Source: Octopus sinensis
Lineage: Eukaryota
Assembly (NCBI RefSeq): GCF_006345805.1
Contig: NC_043014.1
Coordinates: 52,762,001 to 52,826,000, forward strand
Length of the DNA: 64,000 nt
Reading direction: 5' to 3'
Shown here: positions 40,621-54,100 of the stretch, piece by piece
How the letters are laid out: each line of letters opens with the position of its first letter
How positions within the stretch are numbered: position 1 is the stretch's first letter
Translations under genes and position numbers: made by a program
The notes under the pieces: generated by a model
What the model was told of the DNA's origin: nothing
Seen by the model: the letters and a program-made list of their open reading frames with translations, nothing else
Databases searched by the model: none

Positions 40621-43600
40621 GTCATATCTGTTTTTTGTATGCATGTCCCCTGCCCCACTTTGATAATGTGTCACAGTTCCTTAATCCATCCTCATATCCT
40701 ATAGATGATGATTCTTTAACTTGGTCCTCAAATTTGGGGAGAAGTGAACAACAGAAATATGTACTCAGCTGGTACTTATTTTTGTTGATGCCAGAAAGAT
40801 AGGATTAAGGGCAAATTTGACCTTGTCCAGAGGTGGTCAAATTACAATACCACCCCCACCCTCCTTCACCCACATCCAAATCCCCTTATCTGGAACCCAA
40901 GTAACTTACCTTCAGTAGAATATCTCCTTTGGAATCTGAATCTGTCTGTTTCTTATACCATCTCAAGACGGAATTATCATGCAGTACCACCCACACTTTT
41001 CTCCAGCCACCATCCAGGAAACTTTCTGATGTTTGAAAAAAAAAGAAAAAAAAAGAAAATTCATAATTGCTGTTGTTATTGTTGTTGCCTTGCAGTATTT
41101 GATGCAACTCTTTACATTCTGAGTTCAAATCCCACTGACTTATGATCATGCAGGTTTATTATAAACCAGATGATTAAAGCTATTCAAGCCGTGAACCATT
41201 CCACTCCAGCCTGTTCCTCTTTCAGGAACTCATGCACCAGCCAACATTGAGTCCTTTTTCAACATGGTAGGGGAATTTGGCAGCTGTTTCTAGGAAATCA
41301 AGGGACCACAAAGAAGCTCAAGTAATCAGTCTTAGAAATTAATGCTAATAATTTTGTACACAGAAGTAACTTGTTTTTTTATCTTCAGCAAAACAAAAAT
41401 GTGTTGTTTGTGATGTTGGCCATGAAATGGCTTTCAATAGGGAAGCAATTCTGAGAGGAAAGAAGTTAGTTGATACCAGTGACTCCCCCACTATATGACT
41501 GGTACTGTATATCATCAGCTTCATCAACTTTGAAGGGATGAAAGCCAGAGCAGACCTTGGCAAGGTTTGAACTCAGATCCTAGAGACAAGAAATATCACT
41601 TAAGCATTCAATTAGATGCTCAAGTGATTCTAAGTAATAGTGATAATAGTGGTTTCAAATTTTGGCACAAGGCCAGTAATTTTAGGAGAAGAGGTAAGTC
41701 AATTACACTGATCCCAGTACTCAACTGGTAATTCATCAACCCCAAAAAGCTGAAAGGCAAAGTCAACCTCAGCAGAACTTGAACTCACAACATAGCAATG
41801 GGCTAAATACCATGAAGCAATTCGTCAGTGTCTTCAGAATTCGACCATTTTGCTACCTAAACAATAATAATAATGGTTTCAAATTTTGGCACAAGGCCAT
41901 CAAGTTCGTGGAAAGGGGCAAATTGATTACAGCAACCCCACGTTTGGCCGGTACTCTTTTTATTAATCCCAAAAAGATGAGAGGCAAAGTTGACCATGGC
42001 AGAATTTGAACTGAGAATGTAGCAATGGGTGAAATACTGCTAAGCATTTTGTCCAGCATGCTCACAATTCTACCAGCTCACTGCCTTAATAATAACAATA
42101 ACAACAACAATAAGTGATATCATGTACATTGTTTTGTCTTGGTATAAAAGATGGGCTACAGCAAATATTCTGCTCAATACCACAGATTTTCTTGTCAGTT
42201 GTTTGACCATAACCAGTTGAGCATGTCCCTTAGAGGCTGACGATATGTGCATCTCTGATCACGAGCAGATGTAGTGGGGGAGCATCATAGCTGTGTGTTG
42301 AAAGGAATTCTTAGAGGTTTGGATAATTCACCTTTGGAAACATGGGTGGTTCATTCAACATCCTTAAACAATCCTTATTCAGGGACCTTTTGAGTGGGAT
42401 GGGTTACTAGACCTGAAGAAAATTCTAACTGAGCCCCACCTGCAAGGTCATGTGCTGTTTATCTTGATATGAGATCACCATGTCGCGCACATATGGTTGT
42501 GATGCAAGTGCCTTGTGTACCCTTATCAGACAGGTAGTCATGATGGGTATACTGGGCTTTGTATATTTTACCCCAGTGTCACTTTGATGGCATGTACTGC
42601 TCTCTCACTCAATAATGATAATAATAATAATGGTTTCTAATTTTGGTACAATGCCAACAATTTTAGGAGGAGGGGCAAGTCAATTACATGGACCCCCAAC
42701 ACTTGATTGATATTTATTTTATTAACTACGAAAAAGATGAAAGGTAAAATAGATCTTAGCAAGATTTGAGCTCAAAACATGAAGAACTGCAACAAATGTT
42801 GCGTGGCATTTTTTCTTTAATGGCCACTGGGGCCCACAACTTAAAATTCAAAATCAATTTACACAAAAGTACTGCAAAACATGTTGAGGTATACTTAGAA
42901 ACAGGGAAGGGGCAGAATATAATAGAAATAATAACATAAAAGCAGATGGAATATTAGTAACAATTGCAATCAAAAGGACTCACAAAGTGCTAGGAAGAGT
43001 CACTTATAGAAAATTAGGGACTTTATGCTCTGGGTGGTTTCTGGCCATTAACATTGCAAATTAGCAGAGAGTATTCAAGGACTAGCTCTCTCTAATGGAT
43101 TCAACCAACAACTAGATTTATGCTACATGTGATAACAATTGTAGAGCAACAGTGTGGAAGCCCACTTACACATTGTGTATCTCACTCTGTATATATATAC
43201 ATCATCATCATTGTTTAACGTCCATTTTCCATGCTGATATGAGTTGGATGGTTTAATTGAGGACTGGAAAGCCAGCAGCAGCACCAGGCTCCTATCTGAT
43301 CTGGCAATGTTTCTACAGCTGGATGCCCTTCCTAATGCCAACCACTCTGAGAGTAAAGTGGGTGCTTCTTACATACCGGCACAAGAGCCAGTCAAGCAGC
43401 CCAGGCATCAATCATGTTCGGATGGTGCTTTTTACATACCACCGGCATGGGAGCCAGTCGGGGGGCACTGGTCACAGCTGTGACTTTGGTTTTACTTGAC
43501 TCAACAGGTCTTCTCAAGCATATCATATTGCCCGACACATCAAGGGTACTTTTAAAAGGGCCGGACATGCAACACTGACATCAGCCATGGCTGCGATTTC

Positions 43601-46600
43601 ACTTGACTTGATGGGTCTTCTCAAGCATGGCCAAAGGTCTCAGTCCCCAGTCATTGCCTCTGTGAGGCCCAACGTTTGAAGATCATGCTTCACCACCTCA
43701 TCCCATGTCTTCCTGGGTCTACCTCTTCCACAGTTAGGGTGTGGCACTTCCTCACACAGCCAAACAGCTGGGTGGATTCGCGTGAAAAATGGCACACATG
43801 TGGAGACGGCTGCATAAATTGTAATGCACCTTGTATTTATTTCCTAGCCCCTATAGTTACCGAGAAAATCGATTAAAACATTTTCTAATGGAATTCCCCT
43901 GTTTGTTCCGCCATTTAAACAACCAGTTGCTCACACAGCCGGCATATACCATTTCGCTAGCAACAAGGGGAGTACAGGATGACAGTCAGCCAAAACTTTC
44001 ACTATGTCGTCTCTCTTCTTTCACCTTTTTGTGGGGTTAATAATCTTAATCTTTACTTACAGTTTCTCATTCAAACTACATAATAGGCAGAATTGTCGGA
44101 TTAATACAGTAGGGTGTTTTGAGGGAGATTTGGTTGCTATTTCTACCAGATCTGAACTTAATTTTCATTCACATGTTTGCATTTCAAAAATTTAACATAA
44201 TCTTTTCCATAAACCAACTATTGTAACTCTATCTCTCTCACATACACACATGCATGCATGCACACACATCCATTTCATATATCTTCTTTCAATTTCTGCT
44301 CTCTGCAAATAAATTTTTTTAAGGATACAACTGCTTACAAAAATAAGGATTAATATATAATTTCTTTTTATGTTCATAATCAAATCAATGTTTTAATGAT
44401 TAGACAGAGGTCCAATAGAATAGCTCTCAGAAACAGACTATGTACAAATACATCAATCATCACGACCACATCATCCAAATAGACCGGGTGAAACCAGGCT
44501 TAGCTGATAGTATATATATATATATATATATATATATCAGTGGCATGTAAAAAGCAACATTCAAGTGTGGTCAATGACCATGCCGCCAGACTGGCTCCCA
44601 TGCCAGTGGTATATAAAAAGCACCCACTACACTCTCAGAGTGGTTGGTGTTTAGGAGGGGCATCCAGCTGTAGAAACTTTGCCAAAACAGATTGGAGCCT
44701 GGTGCAGCCTCCTGGCTTCCCAGACCCCGGTCGAACTCTCCAACCCATGCCAGCATAGAAAGCGGACGTTAAATGACAATGATGATGACAATGATATATC
44801 CAGCTATAAAACCCTGCCAAAACAGACATAGAAGTCTGGTGCAGACTCCTGTCAATTAATCCAACCCATGCCAGCATGGAAAGCAGACGTTAAATGATGA
44901 TGATGATGAGGATTATATATATATATATATATATATATATCAATCATTTATCTTTAACTTGTTTCAGTCTTTTGACTGCGGCCATGCTGGGGCACTGTCA
45001 TGAAGGTTTTTTAGTTGAACAAATCAATCCCAGGATTTATTTTTTTTTTTTTAGCCTGGTCTATTATTGGTCTTCTTTGCCAACCACTAAGTTAAAGGGA
45101 CATAAACACATCAACACCAGATGTCAAGCAGTGGGGTGGGGGACGAACACAGACGCAGACATTTCCATCTACCAAATCCACTCACGAGGCTTTGGTCAGT
45201 CCGAGGTTATAGTAGAAGACACTTGCCCAAGGTGCCATGCAGTGAGGTTGAATCCAGAACCAAGTTGCCACACACACACATTTTTGAAACAAGAATATTA
45301 TGACAGAGACTTCGAAGTTTCAACCAGTTAAACTATCATCAGACGGCAATGCATTGGAGTTAATCTCGGCTTTATATAATCTCTGTTGAGCTTGAGTGGC
45401 GATTCGGTTGTGGGATGTGATGGAGAGGTGTTTGGGGCTAATTTTTTATTGGTTAAATTTGTGATTATATTATTGTTTAGAATTTATTTATGTATGTAGA
45501 ACTTTGTAAGAGGGTGTGAATATTCGTGTGTGTCCCTTCTAGTAGGTACTTTTGGGATGTATCAGTAGCTTTTGTAATTTTTGCGAGAGGCCCTTTGTCA
45601 CCAGCAGAAGTAGGATCTCTCTGAACTTTGCCCAGGCGATTCTTATTCTAGCAGCTACACTTTCGGGGCATCCACCCCTGCTACTTTCATTGTCTTTAGT
45701 ACCATTAACAGCCAGTAACATCACATATTATAATTAAATGACTTATGTCCCTTAACCCCTTATATGTATATTTTCCAAATACATTCTAGTATTTTAGCAT
45801 AATTTCAATGTATCTCCTCGCATGAACTCGGCATCTGAATAAATTATTGTTTATGCTTGAATATTTGAAAACACGGTCCGAAACTGAGTTTATTTCATTG
45901 TTCAACACCTGAAACATCTATCTCTGAAGATATCCAACTAAATGTGGGATTTTTTTACATCTAAAATAGCTTGAATGCTGATAATTCAAACCTAAAGCCG
46001 GATTGAAACACACGTAGGATTTTTTTTTTTTTTGGTTATTTCATTTGTAGATCCGATCCCTTTATATCCTGAACCTTAGATGTATGTCTTTTTCATTGTG
46101 ATCCAAATAAATTTTAACCAAGTATCCACTATATTTTTCCTTCCCCATTTTCTTTTATAGCCCTTCAGCTTATAAGCTCCAGTCAAACCACCGAACCCAT
46201 GCAGACATGGAAAACAACGAGAAATGGCAATGATGTATTAAACTTTGAGAAGGAAAAGTTTGACAGCGACTCTGAACTTTCAGCTTTCTTGCCAACGACA
46301 TTAGTCTGATGATGGCAAGAAGCAAGTTGAAAGTTCAGAGTCACTGACCACCTTTTCCTTGGGGAAGTTAATTAACAGGTATCCTACTAAAACATACAGA
46401 GTAAACCTTCAGCTTAATGTCTTAACAGTTTGTGTGTGTGTGTGTAAAACTTGATTTAAGACCAAACAGTAATGTATATACATATACAAGTGTTTGTCTG
46501 TGTGTCAACATGTACACACACACATATATATATGCGTATGTGTGTGTAGAGAGAAAGAGAGAGGGGGAGTGTGAATGATAGTCAGCGCAAGATATAGAAG

Positions 46601-49600
46601 CAGGCAAGGAAAGAAAGAAGCAACTTCTAAGTTGGCAAGGATCGAGTGTGTAATTGACATTAACGAGCTTGGCTATTTTAAACTGAAGGTGACTAGAAAC
46701 TAATTGAGCTTTTAATTAACTTGCTGACAGGCTGGAAAAGTTATTCATCTAATTACTGTAACACATTGTCCTTGGTGACCTGAATCACATCACTAACTCG
46801 TTTATTATTTCATATAAACAAGTTATCATGGGCAATGGTGGTCTCATGTGGCTTGCCATAAAGGTTGTCTTTTCTCTGAAGAACATAGGGGAAGAGGGGC
46901 TGCAAAGCTGTCCTGGGCATTTGGGAGCACAGCCCTCTCTCTCCATAGCATCTGTATGTAAGTGGATGGGTAGGTATTGAGATGTCATAAGTGTTTGATG
47001 GTCGAGAGGGGATGATCAAGTACACCACAAGACACACTGAAACTAAAACATATGGAGAAGATGGTACCTTAGATATATCATCATCATCATCATTGCTTAA
47101 TGTCCGCTTTCCATGCTGGCATGGGTTGGATGGTTTGAATGAGGGCTGGCGAGCCAGAAGGCTGTACCAGGCTCCAATCTGATCTGGCAAAGTTTCTACA
47201 GCTGGATGCCCTTTCTAACGCCAACCACTCCGAGAGTGTAGAGCATGCTTTTATGTGCCACCAGCACGAGAGCCAGTCAGGCGGTACTGGGATCGGTCAT
47301 GTTCAAATGGTGCTTTTTACGTGCCATCTGCACAGGAGCCAGTCCAGCAGCACTGGCAACGATCACGCTCAAATGGTGCTTTTAACATTCCACTGGCATG
47401 GGTACCAATCAGGTGGTACTGTCATCGTCCACAACAGTCATTTCACTTGCCTCAAGAGGTCTTTGCAAGTATAGTTTATTGTCCAACAATTGAAGAGTAC
47501 TCTTAAATGGGCTGGTTATACAGCACTGGTACAAGCCACAGTTATGGTCTCGCCTGGTTTGCCAGGTTTTCTCAAGCACAGCATATCTCCAAAGGTCCCA
47601 GTCACTTGTCATTGCCTCAGTGAGGTCCAATGTTCAAAGTTTGTGCTTCACCACCTCATCCCAGGTCTTCCTGGGTCTACCTCTTCCACAGGTTCCCTCA
47701 ACTGCTAGGGTGTGACACTTTTTCACACAGCTGCCCTCATTCATTCGCAACACATGACCATACCAGCGCAATCGTCTCTTTTGCACACCACATCTGATGC
47801 TTCTTAAGTCCAACTTTTCTCTCAGGGCACTTACACTCTGTTGTGAATGCACACTGACATTACACATCCAGCAGAGCATATTGGCTTCATTCCTTGCAAG
47901 CTTACGCCTGTCCTCGGCAGTCACGGCCCATGTTTCACTGCCATGTAGCATGGCTGTTTGCACACATGCATCATACAGTCTACCTTTTACTCTGAGCAAG
48001 AGGCCCTTTGTCACCAGAAGAGGTAGGAGTTCTCTGAACTTTGCCCAGAATATCCTTACTCTAGCAGCTACATTTTCAGAGCATCTACCCCTGTTACTGA
48101 CTTGGTCACCTAGGCAACGGAAGCTAAGCTATCAACTACTTCTAGTTTTTCCCAATGGAATGTGATGGAAGATATTCTCTGCATGTTTTCAGTAATTTAT
48201 TGCTCCTGAATATTTGCCACACACAAAAATTTTCTTCCCAATATATAAATATATATATATATATATATGCGCATACACACAATTCTCTAGGTGCATGTAT
48301 GGCTGTATGGTTAAGGAATTTGCTTCCCAACTTGAGGGTTTGAGGTTCAGTTCCACAGCATGGCACCTTGGGCAAGTATCTTCATGTATAGCCACAAGTT
48401 GCTCAAAGCTTTGAGCGGATTTGGTAGACAGAAACTGAAAGAAGCCTCTGTATTTGTGTGTGTGTAGATACACACACATACACGATATAGCCCCAGGCCA
48501 ACCAGAGCATTGTTACTGAGTGAATAGTTACATATTTAGAGTCCCAATAGAAGCATTTAATAAGAAGAAGGAATTACAGACATGTAATATAGTGGACAAC
48601 TGGAAGTTCCTACAGGGGAAGTTGTTGAGTGCCACAGACCAAATTTGTGCCTGGCGCAACATGCCAACCAGACATAGGGTGAGATGGTGGTAGAACAGTG
48701 TAGTTGGCAGGGCCATAAGAGCAAAGAAACAGGACTTGAAGGGTGATGGTAGCAAAGAACTATATCAAGTGGTCAATGCAGAAGGTAGGGATAGATGAGT
48801 GATTAGTGAGAGCTGTACAAGGTATGTCTAATGATGCTGTCAGTAAGGTGAAAACCAGCAATGAGTTCACCAAGGATTGGTTTTCAGCCCCATCTCATTC
48901 ATCATAGTCTTCCAGGCTATAACAGGGAAATTTAAGACAGGTTGTCCTTGGGAGCTCCTCTTCTATGCTGATGACCTTGTTCTTATAGCTGAATCACTAC
49001 CACAACTAAAGACGATATTTCAGAAAGGTTTGGAATGAAAGAGCCTTAGAGTTAATAAAGATCAAAGTCTTAGTGTGTAGGAAAACAGACAAATCAGAAA
49101 TTCCTTCAGGCAGATGGCCCTGCTCAATATGTAGAGAAGATGTAGGTAGAAACTTTATAAGGTATACCCAATGCATGCTATGAACATTAAGAAGTGCAGT
49201 GGTATCGTTGGAAGATTACCAGAGAATGTAGTGTTAACATGTGACAGGTACATTAAACACTAGGAATGTATGGAAAATAGACTCCCTCAAATGTCCAGAG
49301 GAACCCTTAGAAGTAGTAGACAGTCCCCATTACTTAGGTGAGCTAGCAGTCGTAGAAGTTGTTCTGAAAGCATAGCTGTTAGAAGAAGAATGGGATGGGC
49401 AAAGTTCAGAGGGCTACTACCTTTGTTGGTAACAAAGGGCCTCTCACTCAGAGTGAAAGGCAGATTGTATGATGCCAGCATACGAATAGCTATGCTGCAT
49501 GGCCAAATGAGACATGGGCTGTGACTATAGAGGACATGCAATGTCAGTGTACACATGCGACAGAGTGTGTCTTAAGAGGAAAATTGGGTATAAGAGACAT

Positions 49601-51105
49601 CAGATGGGTAGTATGCAGGACCGAAGACTGTGCTGGCATGGTCATGCATATGGACGAGGACAGCTGTGTAAAGAAGTGCTGATCTCTAATTGAGGAAGGA
49701 ACCTGTGGAAGAGGTAGGCGCAGGAAGAATGTGGGACGAGATGGTGAAATGTGATCTTTGGATGTTGAGTCTCACAGAGACAATAACATATGGCTGAGAC
49801 TTCTGGCAAATTGCTGTGCTTGAGAAGACACATCGAGCTAAGTGAAGTCATGGTTGTGGCCAGTGCTAGTGACACCTGAATGGCACCTGTGCCAGTGACA
49901 TGTAAGAGGGCACCCAGTACACTCTGTAGAGTGATTGATGTTAGGAGGGCCGTAGGAATCCAGCCAAAACAGACTGGAGCCTGGTGCAGTTCTCCAGCTT
50001 ACCATCATCTCTATTCAAACCATCTAATTCATGCCAGCATGGAAAATGGATGTTGATGATGATGATGATGATGATGATGGACAAAAACTGGAAAGAGCCC
50101 CTATTGTATGTGGTATGCGCGTTTTTATATTTACTATGGATTCGTGGCTATGTGGTAAGTAGCTTGTTTACCAACCACATGGTTCCAGGTTCATTCCCAC
50201 TGCATGGCACCTTGGGCAAGTGTCTTCTACTATAGCCTCGGGCTGACCAATGCCTTGTGAGTGGATTTGGTAGACGGAAACTGAAATACATTCAAGAGTG
50301 AAAAAGTAACAAGGAGGGTTGTCTTAGGATGTGCCAAATCTCCTATAAATTACTCACATTTTACTCTGAAAATATTAATAATTAAAATTTTTTTTTTTTA
50401 CTGAATGGTTATGAAGTGCAAAATAAATTGGCCAAAATCGGTTTGGAATGGGATGACGGTGGGGTTGTACAAAAACAATTTTTTTTTTTTCCCATAAAAC
50501 AATGACCCTTGCCCTACATCATTTTGAAGGTTGTGGTTAAAAAAAAATGGGAAAAAACCCCATCAAAACAGACTAATTCCAACTGATCTAAAACTCTGCT
50601 TTTTCAAAACTCCTCTCCCCACCCCTTTGGGAAAAATTTCCCCCACAAATTTCTTTATAATCATAATCTGTTGTTTGAAAGGTATTTGCATAAAATTTCA
50701 TTAAAAGATATCCATTTTCCTGAAAGTTATGAAGGGAAAAATGTCAAATCATGTGAATTTTCTCAAACTCCTCTCCCTACCCCTTCAGAAAAATTCTTTC
50801 CCATAAATCCCTAAATACTCTGAATCTACAGCATCTAAACAGTATTTGTGGAAAATTTCGTTTAAAAGTATCCATTTTTCTGGACATTATAAGGCAACAA
50901 AGTCAGGGGAGAAGGCACACATTCGTAGTTATGCCTCTCAAAGTTATACAGCTATTTTGTCTAATAGCATTCATTCATTCAATAAATAATTGTTTTTCAT
51001 TATGTATATAGAATAAACTGTGGGTTTTGCAAATAGCAAATTAAAACTTGAAATGAAAATATTGAAATTAATATATATTAAATCATCATTAATGAAAACA
51101 GAGGC

Positions 51106-51195
<90 letters not shown>

Positions 51196-54100
51196 AATGT
51201 TAAAGAAAACAGAAAATTTTACCTGCAAAATATTGTCTATTAAATCTATTACGGAGGGAATGCAATGAATATTTAAATTTGTGAAAAACCTGTAGTTCAA
51301 ATATTCAATAAACTTCAGAGATCAAAATTACAGCAAATTTCTTGGAATATGAATTTATAAAAGACTTTCCATACGGTCAAGCCGTTAATAATTGCTCTCT
51401 TTTAGTAACTGTTACAAATCTATTTAATAAGAAACTTTCTCTATTATAATATATATACATGTATGTATATACATATACACACACATTTATATATACACAC
51501 ACACACACATTTATATATACACACACACACACACATATATATGCATGTATACACTTACAGATATGAATATAGATATATATGTAAACATACATGCATCTAG
51601 ACATATACATCTGCGCACATATCAAACATACAAGTACACACACACACACACACATTACATTTTACTGGCCAAGAATATCAGAAAACACAACAGCATCAAA
51701 CAGACGGGGAACATTAAAAATCAGCATTTTCAGGTCATTTGCTTGTAATTAACAATATCCAGTCATTGATTAAAGAGTTTTATTGATTTGAAGAGGTGTG
51801 CAGATTCCTTTCTGTGGTACTAAACTCTAAACTACCATTCTAAGAATAAGGCTTCTAAAAGCCTGCAGGCAGCACAGACTTGCTTATCATGAGACTACAG
51901 ACAAGGGATAGGAACAACTGCAGGTAGGGAAATGAAAGGGGGTGCCAACTAGGTCTTTTCTATTTTTCTATTAATTAGACATGGTTAGGAACAGACCAAT
52001 TTTACCCGATCTATGAGATCCACACACGGGGCCACACAACAGCTGCCGAATGAAATAATCAAAACCACTTAATTTGTTATGGCCTCCTGAAAAAATTGAG
52101 ATAGTTGTTAAAATATACAGAAGATAATCATTGATATCACACCAAATGTACACACAATTTTCACAATAAATATTCTTGTCTGATTTATCCTTTTCGTACT
52201 GACCTGCATGAGTCTGCCCCCACCCCACCCGCTGGCTCTTTGATACAAACTTTCTGTTTTAATGAGACATACATTAAAACCTTCCATCAAACTTCCATGT
52301 TACTTTATGTTCCAAAAACCAGCTTAAATCATGTCAAAGCTATTTTACAAAACTCTTTGTAATTTTCAAAACTTAACTGAAACAAAAGCAGTTTGTGGTA
52401 ATAAAATAGTTAAGGAGCAGGGACCAGCACTTGCTAGCAGTTGTGTAAGCCTTCATCTGGACTGAGTTATAAGATGCTATAGGGAATGAGCCTGAAATCC
52501 TTTTTCTTTTTGGTGGGTGGGCAGTTAATTACATCAATCACAGTGAGTTATTTTATTGATTCCCAAAAGATGAACAGTAAAGTTGACCTTGATGGGATTT
52601 GAACTCAAAATGTGAAGCATTGGAAGGAATGCTGCTACGTATTTTTATCTGGCACATAACAATTCCACCCAATCACTGCCTTAATAATAACAATAACAAC
52701 AACAATTCTCTCATTAGTCACAAAGGTACAAATTATGCCCACAACAGAAGAGCAGGAAAAAGTCGTTTGAAATAATCACATGATAGGTCGGCATGGTAAC
52801 ATATTTTATTGATCTCCTCAAACAAATCAATTCTATAAGCAAAATATTGATTTTTTAACTCAGAACAAAGAGCTATCTTCAAATACCTTGAGCGAATATA
52901 GTCAGGTGTTCCTTCTCCTCCATTATCAACCTCTTTCATAACAATGCAAATAACAGCTAAAACCAGGAACTGTATTTACAAGGTCCAACCAAAACAAAAA
53001 ATGAGACTTTTTATAACACAAATTTATAACTATTTACATTTAATCTGAAGGGTCCACTTCAAAACAGTCCCCTCTACTGTTGATATACAACACTCAAAGC
53101 TTTTTGCAGGGTTTCTGCACATCTGCCACATGTAAAGACTTCTTTCTCTGTTAATCTTCCAGTAATGCCACTGTACCTCTGATGTTTCCATAGTTTGCAC
53201 TGGGTACATTGCATGGAGTTTCTGACACCTTTTCTACATACTGAGTAGGGCCATCTTCCTAAAAGGATTTGTGATTTATCTCTTTTCCTTTCCTACTTAT
53301 TAGGACTTTGAGCACTGCTAAATTAACTCTGAGGCTCTTTGATTCCAGACTTTGCTTTCATACCTGAAACTTCTTCTCTAGTTCTGGTAGGAATTCAGTA
53401 ATAAGAACAAGGTCATTGACATAGAGGAGTTCCCAAGAGCAGCCAGTCTTAAATTCCTCTCTTATAACCTGGGGGACTATGCAAAACAAAAGGCAGCTGA
53501 GAAATGACCCCTGGTGGACTCCTAGTTGTTCACTAAATTCTTTACTATACTCGTTGGCAACTTTCACCTTTCGACCAGCATCCCTGTACATGGCTTGTAC
53601 AATTCTCACCAACCAATCGTCTATCCTAGTTTCCACATTGACCCCTTGATAAAAGACAGAGGGACCCTGACAAAGGCTTTCCCCATATCAACAAAAGCCA
53701 AATACAGAGGTTTATTTCTGGCCAAGTACCTCTCTTGCTGTTGCCTCACCAGGAAGATAGCATCACTAATGCTTCTTCTGGGCACAAAACCAATCTGCAT
53801 CTCATCTAGGCTACCTCTCTTCCTCATTAATTGAGCTATGATCCTTTTTGTAACTTTCATCATCTGGTCCAGCAATCTGATGCCTCTGTAATTGTTTCTA
53901 AGGTGTAACCTTTGCCTCTGTGGCAGTTGACTATAATGCTGTTACATCAGCTATATGAGTGACTAGGCCATATCCCACTCTGCCAGATATCTTACGCATC
54001 CCAGCAGTGAATGTTGCTAGGAGCTTTCCCTGTCTTCATATCCTTCATAGCTTTATCTACCATGCTACTGTCCATTTGGATAGCTGGTCCCTCTATTGGT

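Noticed and set aside
50358-50365. 8-nt microexon (ttttcag|AGTAAAAT|gtgagt)
   Set aside because: Creates an immediate stop in the gene's frame and could easily occur by chance.
52733-52939. ORF MKEVDNGG... as the gene's N-terminus
   Set aside because: A much better start exon exists at 56992-56950; no compatible splice phase; possibly a transposase relic.
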